NCBI GenBank assembly: GCA_017610205.1
Contig: JAFCCL010000005.1
Location: 30,106-94,105 of the forward strand
Reading direction: 5' to 3'
Length of the DNA stretch: 64,000 nucleotides
Source: Candidatus Iainarchaeum sp.
Lineage (GTDB): Archaea > Iainarchaeota > Iainarchaeia > Iainarchaeales > GCA-2688035
Shown: positions 28,557-38,394 of the stretch, in pieces
Numbering within the stretch: the stretch's first letter is position 1
How the letters are laid out: each line of letters starts with the position of its first letter
Notes under the pieces: model-generated
What the model was told of the DNA's origin: nothing
Databases searched by the model: none
The model's input: only the letters and a program-made list of their open reading frames with translations
Position numbers and translations under genes: made by a program

Positions 28557-30629
28557 ATGATTCTAATTATTGCCGAAAAAGCCATTGCTGGCAGAAGGAT
28601 TGCAGCAATTCTTGCAGGAAAGCAATTGCCTGGAACAAGGCGGGGTTATGCTATAAGATTTGATTTTGAAAAAGACGGAAAAAAATATGTTGTTGTTCCA
28701 TTAAGTGGTCACATTGTTGATATTGATTTTCCGCTAATGTACAAACAATGGCTTGGCACCGACCTCAAAAAGCTTGTTAAAGCCGATGTAAATTATAACG
28801 AAACAGAGAAATCCATTTCAGGTCTTATCAAAGAAGTTGCTCCTGAAATTAAAGAGGTTATAATTGCAACAGATGCTGACAGGGAAGGTGAAGCAATTGG
28901 GCTTGAAGCCCTTAACATTTTAAAGGAAGTAAATTCAACTGTTAAAATTAAAAGGGCGATTTTTTCAGCCATTACAGAAAAAGACATAACTGATGCTTTT
29001 GCAAATCTTTCAAAGCTTGATTTTAATTTGGCTGAAAGTGCAAATTCAAGAAGGGAAATAGATCTTATTTGGGGAGCTGTCCTTACAAGATTTCTTTCCC
29101 TGATTTCCGGAAGACTGGGAAAGGAATTTCTTTCAACAGGCCGTGTTCAGGGTCCAACTCTTGCATTAATTGTTAGCAGAGAAAAAGAAAGGCTTGCCTT
29201 TGTTGTAAAAAAATACTGGCAGATTCAGGCTGTTTTTGAAAAAGACAAAGCGCAATTTTCGGCATTGCACAAGGAAGCCAAATTTTGGGACCAGAAAAAG
29301 GCAGAAAAGGCAATGAAATGCACAACGCCACCGAAAGGAATTGTAACCGATATCAAAAAAAGGAAAAAGGTGCTTGCAAGACCTGTTCCATTCAACACAA
29401 CTTCTTTCCTAAGGGCTGCTACCCCCATAGGCTTTACTGCAGGGCGAGCTATGCAGATTGCTGAATCACTTTACCAAAGCGGTTTTCTTTCATACCCCCG
29501 AACAGACAATTCTGTTTATCCAAAAACACTTGACTTAAAGGCAACATTGAAAGAATTGGCAAAAGTAAAAGATTTTGAAAAACTTGCCAATGAACTGCTT
29601 GCATTTCCAAAGCTTGATGCAAGTTCTGGCAAACTTGCAAAAGACCATCCTCCAATTCACCCTGTTACTGCTGTACAAAAAGAAAAGCTTGATCCGCAGA
29701 TGTGGAAAATTTACGAGCTTGTATGCAGAAGATTTATGGCAACACTTGCAAAAGATGCTTTGACAGAAAATCTTTCAGTTTCCATTGACTTAAACAAAGA
29801 GCCTTTTGTTGCAACAGGCCAAATCTATGTTGAAAAAGGGTGGAAGCATTTCTATCCCTACAGCAAGGCAACCGAAGTACTTCTTCCAAAGCTTGAAAAA
29901 GGCAACGAAGTAAAGCTTTTGAAACTTGACAACCTTGCAAAGGAAACAATGCCTCCTGCAAGATACAGTCAGGGTGCTTTAATTAAGGCAATGTCTGATT
30001 TAAATCTTGGAACAAAGAGCACCAGAGCTGAAACAATCCAAAAGCTTTACAGGCGCAATTACATTGAAGGACAAAAATCAATTGCTCCAACCAAAATTGC
30101 CATTGCTGTTATTAACGGTCTTGAAAAGCACAATAGTGTGGTTGTAAAACCTGAGATGACCTCAAATTTGGAAAAAGAAATGGATCTTGTTGCTTCAGGA
30201 AAAAAAAGCAAGGATGATGTTGTTGGCGACAGCAGAGAATTCCTTTTGAAAGCACTTCTGCTTTTACTGGAGCACAAAAATGAAATAGGAAGCGAAATAA
30301 GAAACGCTGCAAGGTCTGATTCAATAATAGGCTCTTGCACAGACAAAAATTGCGGAGGACAGCTTTTGATTAGAAAAGGACGGACAGGAAAGCGTTTCCT
30401 TGGCTGCAGCAATTATCCAAAGTGCACAGTTACATGGCCATTGCCTCAAAAGGGGCTGCTTTCCGTTGTGCCAGGGGCGTGTGAACACTGTGGAACACCC
30501 CTAATAAAAATTGTCGGAAAACGTTACCATTACCAAATGTGCATTAATCCCAAATGCAAAAGCAAGGCTGACTGGGGCAAGAAAAAAGAGGAAAAGGAAA
30601 TAACCAAAAAACCTGTTTCAAAGAATTAG
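28557..30629 (+). CDS. topA: DNA topoisomerase IA
   Basis: IIAEK, ATDADREGE, GRVQ, SYPRTD, HPPIHP, GTKSTR; C-terminal zinc ribbons. Confidence 0.96.
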   Translation: MILIIAEKAIAGRRIAAILAGKQLPGTRRGYAIRFDFEKDGKKYVVVPLSGHIVDIDFPLMYKQWLGTDLKKLVKADVNYNETEKSISGLIKEVAPEIKEVIIATDADREGEAIGLEALNILKEVNSTVKIKRAIFSAITEKDITDAFANLSKLDFNLAESANSRREIDLIWGAVLTRFLSLISGRLGKEFLSTGRVQGPTLALIVSREKERLAFVVKKYWQIQAVFEKDKAQFSALHKEAKFWDQKKAEKAMKCTTPPKGIVTDIKKRKKVLARPVPFNTTSFLRAATPIGFTAGRAMQIAESLYQSGFLSYPRTDNSVYPKTLDLKATLKELAKVKDFEKLANELLAFPKLDASSGKLAKDHPPIHPVTAVQKEKLDPQMWKIYELVCRRFMATLAKDALTENLSVSIDLNKEPFVATGQIYVEKGWKHFYPYSKATEVLLPKLEKGNEVKLLKLDNLAKETMPPARYSQGALIKAMSDLNLGTKSTRAETIQKLYRRNYIEGQKSIAPTKIAIAVINGLEKHNSVVVKPEMTSNLEKEMDLVASGKKSKDDVVGDSREFLLKALLLLLEHKNEIGSEIRNAARSDSIIGSCTDKNCGGQLLIRKGRTGKRFLGCSNYPKCTVTWPLPQKGLLSVVPGACEHCGTPLIKIVGKRYHYQMCINPKCKSKADWGKKKEEKEITKKPVSKN

Positions 30630-30633
30630 GGTA

Positions 30634-30700
30634 TTGGGGGCAGCAAAAACTTTTTTTGAGAGCCAGTTTGAGCCTGGTGAGCCTTTTTTTCTACCCCCAA
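30634..30700. repeat. 16-bp imperfect inverted repeat downstream of topA
   Basis: TTGGGGGCAGCAAAAA ... TTTTTTCTACCCCCAA (14/16). Confidence 0.6.
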
Positions 30701-30883
30701 CATTTTTCCAAATTAATTTTTTTGTGTCACGAGTTCTGATTGACCCCTCCTATTTTTCGCATACACTTATACTCTTTTATTCTATATATCAAATCCCCTG
30801 TTTTAACTGCTCTCATTAATACAGTTAAGCTTTTAACAATGTTACAATATATACATATTTGGTATTTTGTTGTGTCAAATCAG

Positions 30884-31408
30884 ATGAAGATAACTGACAG
30901 TACAAGAATTGGTTTGCTTGAAGCACTTTTAAAAAAAAACTCTGTCCTGCCAAACATTCGGCAGATTCAAAAACACACTGACTTCCATAAGGCAACAATT
31001 AAGGGAAGCCTTGCATTTCTTGAAAAGAATGGAATTCTCAAAGGTTTTGGCCCAAAGCTTGATTTCAGAAAGCTTGGTCACAATTTGGAGGTCTTAACAC
31101 TTCTTCAGGTTGATATGAGCAAGCAAAAGGCTTTTGAAAAGTTTATTGATGCCTTGGAAAAAGACCCCCATATCTACTGGGTGAGTTCGATAATCGGCCC
31201 TGGTAACTGGAATGTAATGTGCAGGCACATTTACAAGGATGTTGAATCATATCACAATGACATGCGAAACCGTTATATGCAAATTCAGGGATATCATGAC
31301 CTTATAAAAAACATGCAGAGCTTTTTTTCAGTAGAGCCTGTTTTTAAAAACCAAAGCAGGACTGAATCAATAATAGAGCTTGTAAAAAGTGAACCTGTCA
31401 AAAAGTAA
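30884..31408 (+). CDS. Lrp/AsnC-like transcriptional regulator
   Basis: HTH, GILKGF..LDFRKLG linker, RAM domain; start MKITD. Confidence 0.8.
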   Translation: MKITDSTRIGLLEALLKKNSVLPNIRQIQKHTDFHKATIKGSLAFLEKNGILKGFGPKLDFRKLGHNLEVLTLLQVDMSKQKAFEKFIDALEKDPHIYWVSSIIGPGNWNVMCRHIYKDVESYHNDMRNRYMQIQGYHDLIKNMQSFFSVEPVFKNQSRTESIIELVKSEPVKK

Positions 31409-31455
31409 TCAAACATTACAAAAGTTATTTAATCATTTAATGTGTAATTATTTTT

Positions 31456-31893
31456 ATGTCACCAGTACCTAAACCACCAAAGCCAATTAGAAGAAGGGCA
31501 AGAACACCTGCTAAGGAAACGCAAATTGAAAAAAGAATTGATCTGCTATCAAAGAACGTTCAGTATAAAGTCCTTGAAATAGACGGGCTCCCTGAATCAA
31601 GTCGCCTTTTGCATAAAAAAACTTTACGTGACGTTCTTGCTGAAAGGGAACAAAATAGCCCTGAAAAACATTTGGCTTTGAAAGCCTTTTTGGAAAACAA
31701 AGGAATGGGAAAAGAATGGCGTACTAAACTTAATGAACAACAGCTAGAAATGACTGCGCCTATCTTGCTTGAACTTCTTGCTAACGTTCCAAGACCAGAA
31801 GCAATACATAGAGGTGATCACGCACGAATTATTAAAAAAATGAGAAGATTTTTAGCAGCAATTGAAGAAGCCAAAAGAGCAGGTATTACCTAA
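31456..31893 (+). CDS. hypothetical protein with Pro/Arg-rich basic N-terminus
   Basis: 145-aa ORF following an AT-rich promoter-like region. Confidence 0.6.
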   Translation: MSPVPKPPKPIRRRARTPAKETQIEKRIDLLSKNVQYKVLEIDGLPESSRLLHKKTLRDVLAEREQNSPEKHLALKAFLENKGMGKEWRTKLNEQQLEMTAPILLELLANVPRPEAIHRGDHARIIKKMRRFLAAIEEAKRAGIT

Positions 31894-31912
31894 CCAATTT
31901 GAAGGTTTTCTT

Positions 31913-32713
31913 ATGGACATTGAATTAGATTTTGAAAAAAGTTTGGAGGAAAATGCTTCTTCTTATTTTGAGAAAAGCAAGGCTGCAAAGAAAAAACTCT
32001 CCGGATTGAAGAAAGCAATGATTGACCTTGAAAAAAAGGCTTCAAAAGTAAAAGAAAAACCAAAAGCAAAGCCCCTTGCAGTTAAAAGGAAAAGGCAGTG
32101 GTTTGAAGCATTTCACTGGTTTACCTCAAGCCAGGGCTTTCTTGTAATTGGTGGAAGGGATGCAAAAAGCAACGAAGCAGTTGTCAAAAAGCATTTGGAC
32201 AAAGAAGACATGTTTCTTCACGCAGACATTCAGGGCGGAAGTGCATGCGTTGTTAAATCTGAAGGGAAAAAAATTCCGGAACAAAGCCTTAAAGAAGCAG
32301 CAGAGTTTGCAGCTGTCTGGAGCAAGGCATGGCAGCAAAAGCTTGCAAGCGTTGACGTTTATGCCGCTTCCAAAGAACAGGTTTCCAAAAAAGCTCCAAG
32401 CGGAGAAGCCATTTCAACAGGAGGTTTTATGATTTACGGAAAAAGGCAATGGTTTAGAAAAACCACCCTGCAATTCGCAGTTGGCTTGCTTAAAGAGGGC
32501 GATGCCTTTACTGCAATGGGTGGACCGCCTGAGGCTGTAAAAAAGAATTGCATTGCTTTTGTTAAAATAGTGCAGGGAAAGGAAAAGAAAAGTGGAATTG
32601 CAAAGAAAGTGTTGCAGCGTTTTGAGAAAAAAACAGGAAAAACAACTGTTTCATTAAATGACCTGATTTCGCTTTTGCCAGGTGACCTGCTTGAAATAAG
32701 GGAAGAGTTTTAA
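31913..32713 (+). CDS. NFACT RNA-binding (DUF814) protein, short Rqc2-like
   Basis: ENASSYFEKSK, WFEAFHWF, GGRDAKSNE, LHADIQG, GGFMIYGKR. Confidence 0.85.
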   Translation: MDIELDFEKSLEENASSYFEKSKAAKKKLSGLKKAMIDLEKKASKVKEKPKAKPLAVKRKRQWFEAFHWFTSSQGFLVIGGRDAKSNEAVVKKHLDKEDMFLHADIQGGSACVVKSEGKKIPEQSLKEAAEFAAVWSKAWQQKLASVDVYAASKEQVSKKAPSGEAISTGGFMIYGKRQWFRKTTLQFAVGLLKEGDAFTAMGGPPEAVKKNCIAFVKIVQGKEKKSGIAKKVLQRFEKKTGKTTVSLNDLISLLPGDLLEIREEF

Positions 32714-32756
32714 TATTGTTTCAGACAAAATATGTTATTTATAGGGAGTTAAAAAA

Positions 32757-34946
32757 ATGCCTGAAAAAACCATTGATTTGAAGGTAGCAGACCCTGACCC
32801 AACACACGTTGGGCGAAACATAGTTACTCTTGACAGGGAAACCAAAAGGCATTTGGGCATTACAAGTGGTGACATTGTTGAAATAGATGGCCCAAAAAGA
32901 AAAACTGCTGCAATTGTCTGGCCTGCAAGGGCGGAAGATGAAGGGCGTCTTTTGATTAGGATGGACAATTTGATAAGGCTCAATGCTGGAGTAGGTCTTG
33001 GAGAAAAGGTTACCGTAAAAAAGGGAAATCCAAAAGAAGCCAAAAAGGTTGTTATGGCTCCAACTCAGGATATAAGAATTATTGCTTCAGGTTATGACCG
33101 GATTCTCAAAAAAACTTTTTTGGGAAGACCTTTAACTCTTGGAGACAGTGTTTGGATAAGCGTTTTTGGAACAGGTTTTGTTTACAAAATTGTTGACACT
33201 GTTCCAAGGGGCTGTGTTAAGGTAACAGACTTTACCCAGATTGTGCTCAAGGAAAAGCCTGTTAAGGGCGAGCTTGAAACAGTTCCAAGAATTTCTTATG
33301 ATGATATTGGCGGTCTTGACGAGCCAATGCGAAAAGTTAGGGAAATGATTGAGTTGCCTATGAGGCATCCTGAAATTTTCAGAAAGCTTGGCATTGTACC
33401 TCCAAAAGGTGTTTTGCTTTATGGTCCGCCTGGAACCGGAAAAACTTTGCTTGCAAAGGCAGTTGCCCACGAAACCCAGGCTCATTTCAAATCAGTTAAT
33501 GCTCCTGAAATTATGAGCAAATTTGTTGGAGAGGCTGAGGAAAGAATCAGAAAAATTTTTAAAGAAGCAGAAGAAAATGCCCCAAGCATTATTTTTATTG
33601 ACGAAATTGATTCAATTGCTCCAAAAAGAGAAACGGTTGTTGGAGAAGTTGAAAGGCGTGTTGTTGCCCAGATTCTTGCATTAATGGACGGGCTTGAAGC
33701 ACGAGGCAATGTGATTGTTATTGCTGCAACCAACAGGGTAAATAGTTTGGATGAAGCTTTAAGGAGACCTGGAAGGTTTGACAGGGAAATTGAATTCCCT
33801 GTTCCAAACAAAAAGGCAAGAAAGGAAATTTTACAGATTCATACAAGGGGAATGCCTCTTGCAGAAGATGGTACAAACAAAGTTGACCTTGATCATTTTG
33901 CTTCAATAACACATGGCTTTGTTGGCGCAGATCTTGCTGCTTTGGGAAAAGAGGCTGCAATGAAGGCATTAAGACGTTATTTGCCAAAAATTGATTTGGA
34001 AGCCGAATCAATTCCGCAGGAAATTCTTGAAGAGCTTGAAGTAAACAAAAAAGACTTCATAAATGGTTTGAAGGATGTGCAGCCAAGTGCATTGAGAGAA
34101 GTTGCAATTGAAATTCCAAATGTTAAATGGTCAGACATCGGTGACCTTGATTATGCAAAAGAAGAATTGAAGCAGGCAATTGAATGGCCTTTGAAGCATC
34201 CTGATTCATTCAAGAAAATGGGAATAAAGCCGCCTGCAGGCGTGCTCTTGCATGGTCCGCCTGGTTGTGGAAAAACACTTCTTGCAAAAGCAGTTGCAAG
34301 CGAAAGCGAATCCAATTTTATTTCAATTAAGGGCCCGGAACTTTTAAGCATGTGGGTCGGAGAATCGGAAAAAGGCATCCGGCAGGTTTTTAGAAAGGCA
34401 AGGCAGGTTTCTCCCTGCATTGTTTTCTTTGATGAAATTGACAGCATTGCAAGCAAGCGTGGAATGGATGCAGGCTCTCATGTTACTGAAAGGGTTGTAA
34501 ACCAGCTTCTTACAGAGCTTGATGGAATTGAGCAAAACAGGGGAGTTGTTTTTATGGCTGCAACCAACAGGCCTGATTTGCTTGATCCTGGAATTATGAG
34601 GCCTGGGAGAATTGACAAGTTTATCAAGATTGATGCCCCTGACAAAAAGGGCAGAACGGCAATTTTCAAAGTTCACACAAAGAATGTAAAGCTTGACAAG
34701 GACATTTCTTTGAAAGAGCTTGTTGAAAAAACAGATGGCTTTTCAGGTGCTGACATTGAAGGTCTTATTAGGGCTGCTGCTTTGATTGCTTTGAAAAACA
34801 GCAAGATGAAACCTGTGCCTGTAACCAAAAAAGATTTTGAAGAAGCGCTTGCAAAAACAAAACCAAGTATTACCCCAAAGGTTGAAGAGGCCTACGAGGA
34901 AATTGAAGAGCACTTGGGTGAATTCAAGCCAAGCTATGTTGGCTAG
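32757..34946 (+). CDS. cdc48: CDC48/VAT AAA+ ATPase
   Basis: N-domain plus two AAA modules (GPPGTGKT, GPPGCGKT). Confidence 0.96.
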   Translation: MPEKTIDLKVADPDPTHVGRNIVTLDRETKRHLGITSGDIVEIDGPKRKTAAIVWPARAEDEGRLLIRMDNLIRLNAGVGLGEKVTVKKGNPKEAKKVVMAPTQDIRIIASGYDRILKKTFLGRPLTLGDSVWISVFGTGFVYKIVDTVPRGCVKVTDFTQIVLKEKPVKGELETVPRISYDDIGGLDEPMRKVREMIELPMRHPEIFRKLGIVPPKGVLLYGPPGTGKTLLAKAVAHETQAHFKSVNAPEIMSKFVGEAEERIRKIFKEAEENAPSIIFIDEIDSIAPKRETVVGEVERRVVAQILALMDGLEARGNVIVIAATNRVNSLDEALRRPGRFDREIEFPVPNKKARKEILQIHTRGMPLAEDGTNKVDLDHFASITHGFVGADLAALGKEAAMKALRRYLPKIDLEAESIPQEILEELEVNKKDFINGLKDVQPSALREVAIEIPNVKWSDIGDLDYAKEELKQAIEWPLKHPDSFKKMGIKPPAGVLLHGPPGCGKTLLAKAVASESESNFISIKGPELLSMWVGESEKGIRQVFRKARQVSPCIVFFDEIDSIASKRGMDAGSHVTERVVNQLLTELDGIEQNRGVVFMAATNRPDLLDPGIMRPGRIDKFIKIDAPDKKGRTAIFKVHTKNVKLDKDISLKELVEKTDGFSGADIEGLIRAAALIALKNSKMKPVPVTKKDFEEALAKTKPSITPKVEEAYEEIEEHLGEFKPSYVG

Positions 34947-34965
34947 CAAAATTCACTGTGTTGCA

Positions 34966-35547
34966 TTAGGATAAGAACACAAAGAAAATCAGCAAAACAA
35001 ACAACACTGCCCATATCTTTGGATTCCATATAAAAACCTTTTTCCCATCCAATGGGCCAATTGGCAGCATGTTAAATAATCCCAGCCAGAAATTAATAAT
35101 TGCCCCATATCCTACAATAAGTCCAATTGTTGTGTCTGAAATAATAAAACTTAGAAGCAAAAAGCAGATTCCTGTCACAAAGTTTATCAGCGGCCCGGCA
35201 ATCGAAACTAATCCATTCTGTCTTCTGGTTAAGTGCCCGCTAATATAAACCGCTCCAGGAGCTGCAAAAATTATCTTGAATACAAAAGCTGAAATCAATG
35301 CAAATATGAGTCCAAAACTCCACATTCTAAACTCTGCGTGTGCACCAAAATGCTGTGCGACCATTCTGTGTCCCATTTCATGCATTATAAATCCTGTTCC
35401 GGTTCCGATTGCTGAAACAATGAACGCGTTTACGAAATTGTTTGGAAACAAAAAATACGACGATAAGTAAAAATGAAGAAGCCATGTAAATGCTATGCTG
35501 ATTGTAAGCCAGCTTATCAAAAGGTCTCTTATTTCATTGCGGTTCAT
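34966..35547 (-). CDS. M50 (site-2) family membrane metalloprotease
   Basis: HEMGH, AGP and FNMLPIGPLDG motifs. Confidence 0.9.
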   Translation of the reverse strand: MNRNEIRDLLISWLTISIAFTWLLHFYLSSYFLFPNNFVNAFIVSAIGTGTGFIMHEMGHRMVAQHFGAHAEFRMWSFGLIFALISAFVFKIIFAAPGAVYISGHLTRRQNGLVSIAGPLINFVTGICFLLLSFIISDTTIGLIVGYGAIINFWLGLFNMLPIGPLDGKKVFIWNPKIWAVLFVLLIFFVFLS

Positions 35548-35652
35548 TATAATTGCTAAATATAGAAAAACTATTTAAAGTAATTCAAACAGGGTTCGTT
35601 TTTTGCCGAATTCTTGCAGTTCTTTTTATTCTTTGCCCAAGGCCATTTTTTT

Positions 35653-35832
35653 ATGGTTAAAGATTTTTTGGGGCAAAAAGCCCAGATTTCTGTGGAATTG
35701 ATTATAGTGCTTGCAGCAGTTGTTGCCCTTGTGCTATTGCTTGTTTCCCAATTGCAGCAGACAAGCGAGGAAGGAGCAAAAGTAATTGAGGAAAAAAGCA
35801 AGAAGATTTTCCAGGAAATTGACAACATTTAG
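35653..35832 (+). CDS. small class III signal peptide pilin
   Basis: QKAQISVEL plus hydrophobic helix. Confidence 0.75.
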   Translation: MVKDFLGQKAQISVELIIVLAAVVALVLLLVSQLQQTSEEGAKVIEEKSKKIFQEIDNI

Positions 35833-35842
35833 CTGGTTCAAA

Positions 35843-36256
35843 ATGCGTTGCAATGGACAGCTTAGCTTGGAATATTTACTGCTGCTGCTTGCAGTACTTT
35901 CCATTTTTGCAGTGCTTTTGCCATTGCTTGATCAAACTTTTCAGGCAAGCCTTTTTGGACTTGATTCAGTAAACGCAAAGAGTTTTTCAGATTCCCTGCA
36001 GCATTCTGTTAACGAAATGGATTTTCAGGCAGATGGAAGCAAAACAATTTTGGAAACAAGGCCTTTGGGACAATGGGTTGTTTTATCTTCAGGCAAAACC
36101 TTTTCAATAAAAGTACAGGGTCCTGAAACTGAAAAAACTTTTGAGGTTTTTTTCCCAAATGAACTGGATTTGAAGCAGCAAACTCTTTCATCCAACGCAT
36201 TTTTTTCGCTTTCAAAGGATTCAGGAAAAATCGTTTTTGAATACTACAATCCTTAG
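35843..36256 (+). CDS. class III signal peptide protein
   Basis: MRCNGQLSLEY. Confidence 0.7.
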   Translation: MRCNGQLSLEYLLLLLAVLSIFAVLLPLLDQTFQASLFGLDSVNAKSFSDSLQHSVNEMDFQADGSKTILETRPLGQWVVLSSGKTFSIKVQGPETEKTFEVFFPNELDLKQQTLSSNAFFSLSKDSGKIVFEYYNP

Positions 36257-36574
36257 TTCATGTTTTTGCATTTGCCTGAAGAAAATTACTTTGGAGGAAA
36301 TCGCCTTTTCTGTTGGTTCTCCAATTGCAATTTTTTCAGCGTCAAAATAAACCGTTCCTGATTTGTTTGGGAATGCTGTTTCAAAATCTTTTTTCATTTC
36401 CTCCAATTTTACTGTGTTTTTTGTCCAAAGCAAAAGCAAATCGTTTTCTTTTTTAAAAATGTGCAAATTTTCAAGTCCTGGTCTGGTTTCCTGCAAAGGA
36501 ACTGAAAGAAGCAATCCAAGCAAGGCCATTGAAATAATTGCTTCAAAACTAAGCCAAAAGCCATTATTTTTCAC
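36221..36574 (-). CDS. pilin-like protein
   Basis: GTG start, KNNGFWLSFEA plus hydrophobic helix. Confidence 0.6.
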   Translation of the reverse strand: MKNNGFWLSFEAIISMALLGLLLSVPLQETRPGLENLHIFKKENDLLLLWTKNTVKLEEMKKDFETAFPNKSGTVYFDAEKIAIGEPTEKAISSKVIFFRQMQKHELRIVVFKNDFS

Positions 36575-37058
36575 AGACAACTGCCTCCAGCATTTCTTTT
36601 TTTTCATTTGCCAAAACAATTCTGTCAACTGAAATGCATTTTTCTCCCTGTTCTTCAAACAATTTTTCAATTTCTCCAATTGAAACACTGCTTACAAAAA
36701 AATTTTCAAACACAACAGGCTCTGCGTTTTCAAAAAGAATTGAATCAATTTCGTTTGATAGCACGCGGTGTTTTTCCGCGTTATACTTTGCCATGCCAAG
36801 CAATGGTTGTTTCTCGTCCCTGTTTTTTGCCATTGAGTCAATTACAAAAATTGCATTTCGCTGCAATTCAATTCTTTCAATATCTGCAATTTCCCTGTTT
36901 TTTAAAATTTCAAGCTGTGAAAGCATTAGTGAAAGCATTAGCAGCATTGCAATAACTGCTATTGCAAGGTCTAGAGAGAATACAAACCCTCTGCTGTTCT
37001 GATTCTGCTTGTTTCGTTTACAATTGCTGTTCCAACCTCGTTTATCTGTAATGCTCAT
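36564..37058 (-). CDS. pilin-like protein
   Basis: SRGFVFSLD plus hydrophobic helix. Confidence 0.7.
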   Translation of the reverse strand: MSITDKRGWNSNCKRNKQNQNSRGFVFSLDLAIAVIAMLLMLSLMLSQLEILKNREIADIERIELQRNAIFVIDSMAKNRDEKQPLLGMAKYNAEKHRVLSNEIDSILFENAEPVVFENFFVSSVSIGEIEKLFEEQGEKCISVDRIVLANEKKEMLEAVVCEK

Positions 37059-37410
37059 TTAGGGTTATCTCCAAAACGCTTTTTTCGCCTTTTTGCACAA
37101 GTCTTATTTCTTTTGCAATGCTTTCACATCCTTTTATTTTTCCAGAAATTTCGCTTTCTGCAGTGTTTCCTTTTGAAGTGCAATGCATTTCTGCCAAAAA
37201 TTCTGAAAGTCCTGAAGCATAAATTGTGTCGGCTACAATGCAGCACAGTTCTGCTTCAGCTTTTGCATTAAGTGAATGAAGTGAATTTTCTGAGTACTCT
37301 CCTGCTGTTCCAATAGCTGAAAGAAACAACCCCAATACTGCTAAAAAAACGGCAAAGCATACTGCTGCCTCAAGTTGCAATTGGCCTTTGTTGTTTTTCA
37401 AAAATTTCAT
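37042..37410 (-). CDS. class III signal peptide protein
   Basis: NKGQLQLE. Confidence 0.7.
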   Translation of the reverse strand: MKFLKNNKGQLQLEAAVCFAVFLAVLGLFLSAIGTAGEYSENSLHSLNAKAEAELCCIVADTIYASGLSEFLAEMHCTSKGNTAESEISGKIKGCESIAKEIRLVQKGEKSVLEITLNEHYR

Positions 37411-37940
37411 CCGGCAACACTTGTGTTTATTGAATATCCTGCAGGGAGTTCAAATTCAAGCAAGGCTTTTTTGCCTTTTATTTTTGCATAAACTTTTTTG
37501 TTTTTCAAAATACCGCCAGTAAAATAATATGTTGCTTTGACTGTTTTTTTGTCAATTGCTTCTATTGCAACAGTGCTGTTTTCGTTCAAAAATTCCAAAT
37601 TCTTGCTTTCGGTTTCAAATTCGATAACTATTCCATCCCAATTTGCTTTTTCAATTTCGGAAAAAAGCACAACAAGTTTGGCATTTACAAAATTTTTTGT
37701 TTCTTCCTGTCCAAAGTTTAACAAAAGCACCTGATGCAATGCTTCTTTGATGGCAAGGTCAACATTGTCTTCAGTAACTTCTCTTGCAAGCCATGCCTTT
37801 TCTGCTTCGAATCCAAGTTCTTCAGCCAGTTCTATTTTGTTTGATGCGTTTGTTGCTTCTGCTAAAAACCTTGCTTCAATTGCAAAGAATGCCAGCAGAA
37901 GTACAAAGCAAAAAATGCCATTTTTATTCATTTGCTTCAA
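37407..37940 (-). CDS. pilin-like/secreted protein
   Basis: NKNGIF plus hydrophobic helix; coupled to the next gene. Confidence 0.6.
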   Translation of the reverse strand: MKQMNKNGIFCFVLLLAFFAIEARFLAEATNASNKIELAEELGFEAEKAWLAREVTEDNVDLAIKEALHQVLLLNFGQEETKNFVNAKLVVLFSEIEKANWDGIVIEFETESKNLEFLNENSTVAIEAIDKKTVKATYYFTGGILKNKKVYAKIKGKKALLEFELPAGYSINTSVAG

Positions 37941-38001
37941 AAAAATCCAGTTATGGAAACGCCTTTAAAAGAAAGCCTGCATTGCGTTGTTCAACGAAGG
38001 T

Positions 38002-38256
38002 CTAGTCTCCCACAAGCTCTTTTTTGATTGTTTCTTCAATGGCTTTTTTCAAATCTTTTTGTGTATTGTCTAATACTTTTTCTTCCTGCAAGTTTTTTGA
38101 CTTGCTAAGGTCTCTTGAGATTGCAATAAGTAATACTGTTGCAATGATTACTATCAACAGGTCTTCTAATAATAGCCTGTTGGTGAATGCATTGTATACT
38201 GAGAAAATTGTTCCAGCAACTGTGGCTAATTTAAGTAAATCATATTTTGCACTCAT
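38002..38256 (-). CDS. small membrane protein
   Basis: 2 TM helices plus charged tail. Confidence 0.55.
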   Translation of the reverse strand: MSAKYDLLKLATVAGTIFSVYNAFTNRLLLEDLLIVIIATVLLIAISRDLSKSKNLQEEKVLDNTQKDLKKAIEETIKKELVGD

Positions 38257-38394
38257 ATTACACCCCAGTATCTATTGAACCTAACACATATAAATTCTGT
38301 TTTATAAAAAAGCACTCTTTTTTCTCGTGAAAAGTGTGCATTTTGGCAAAAAATTAAATATATGCATAAACATTATATATCTATGGTGTTTTGA

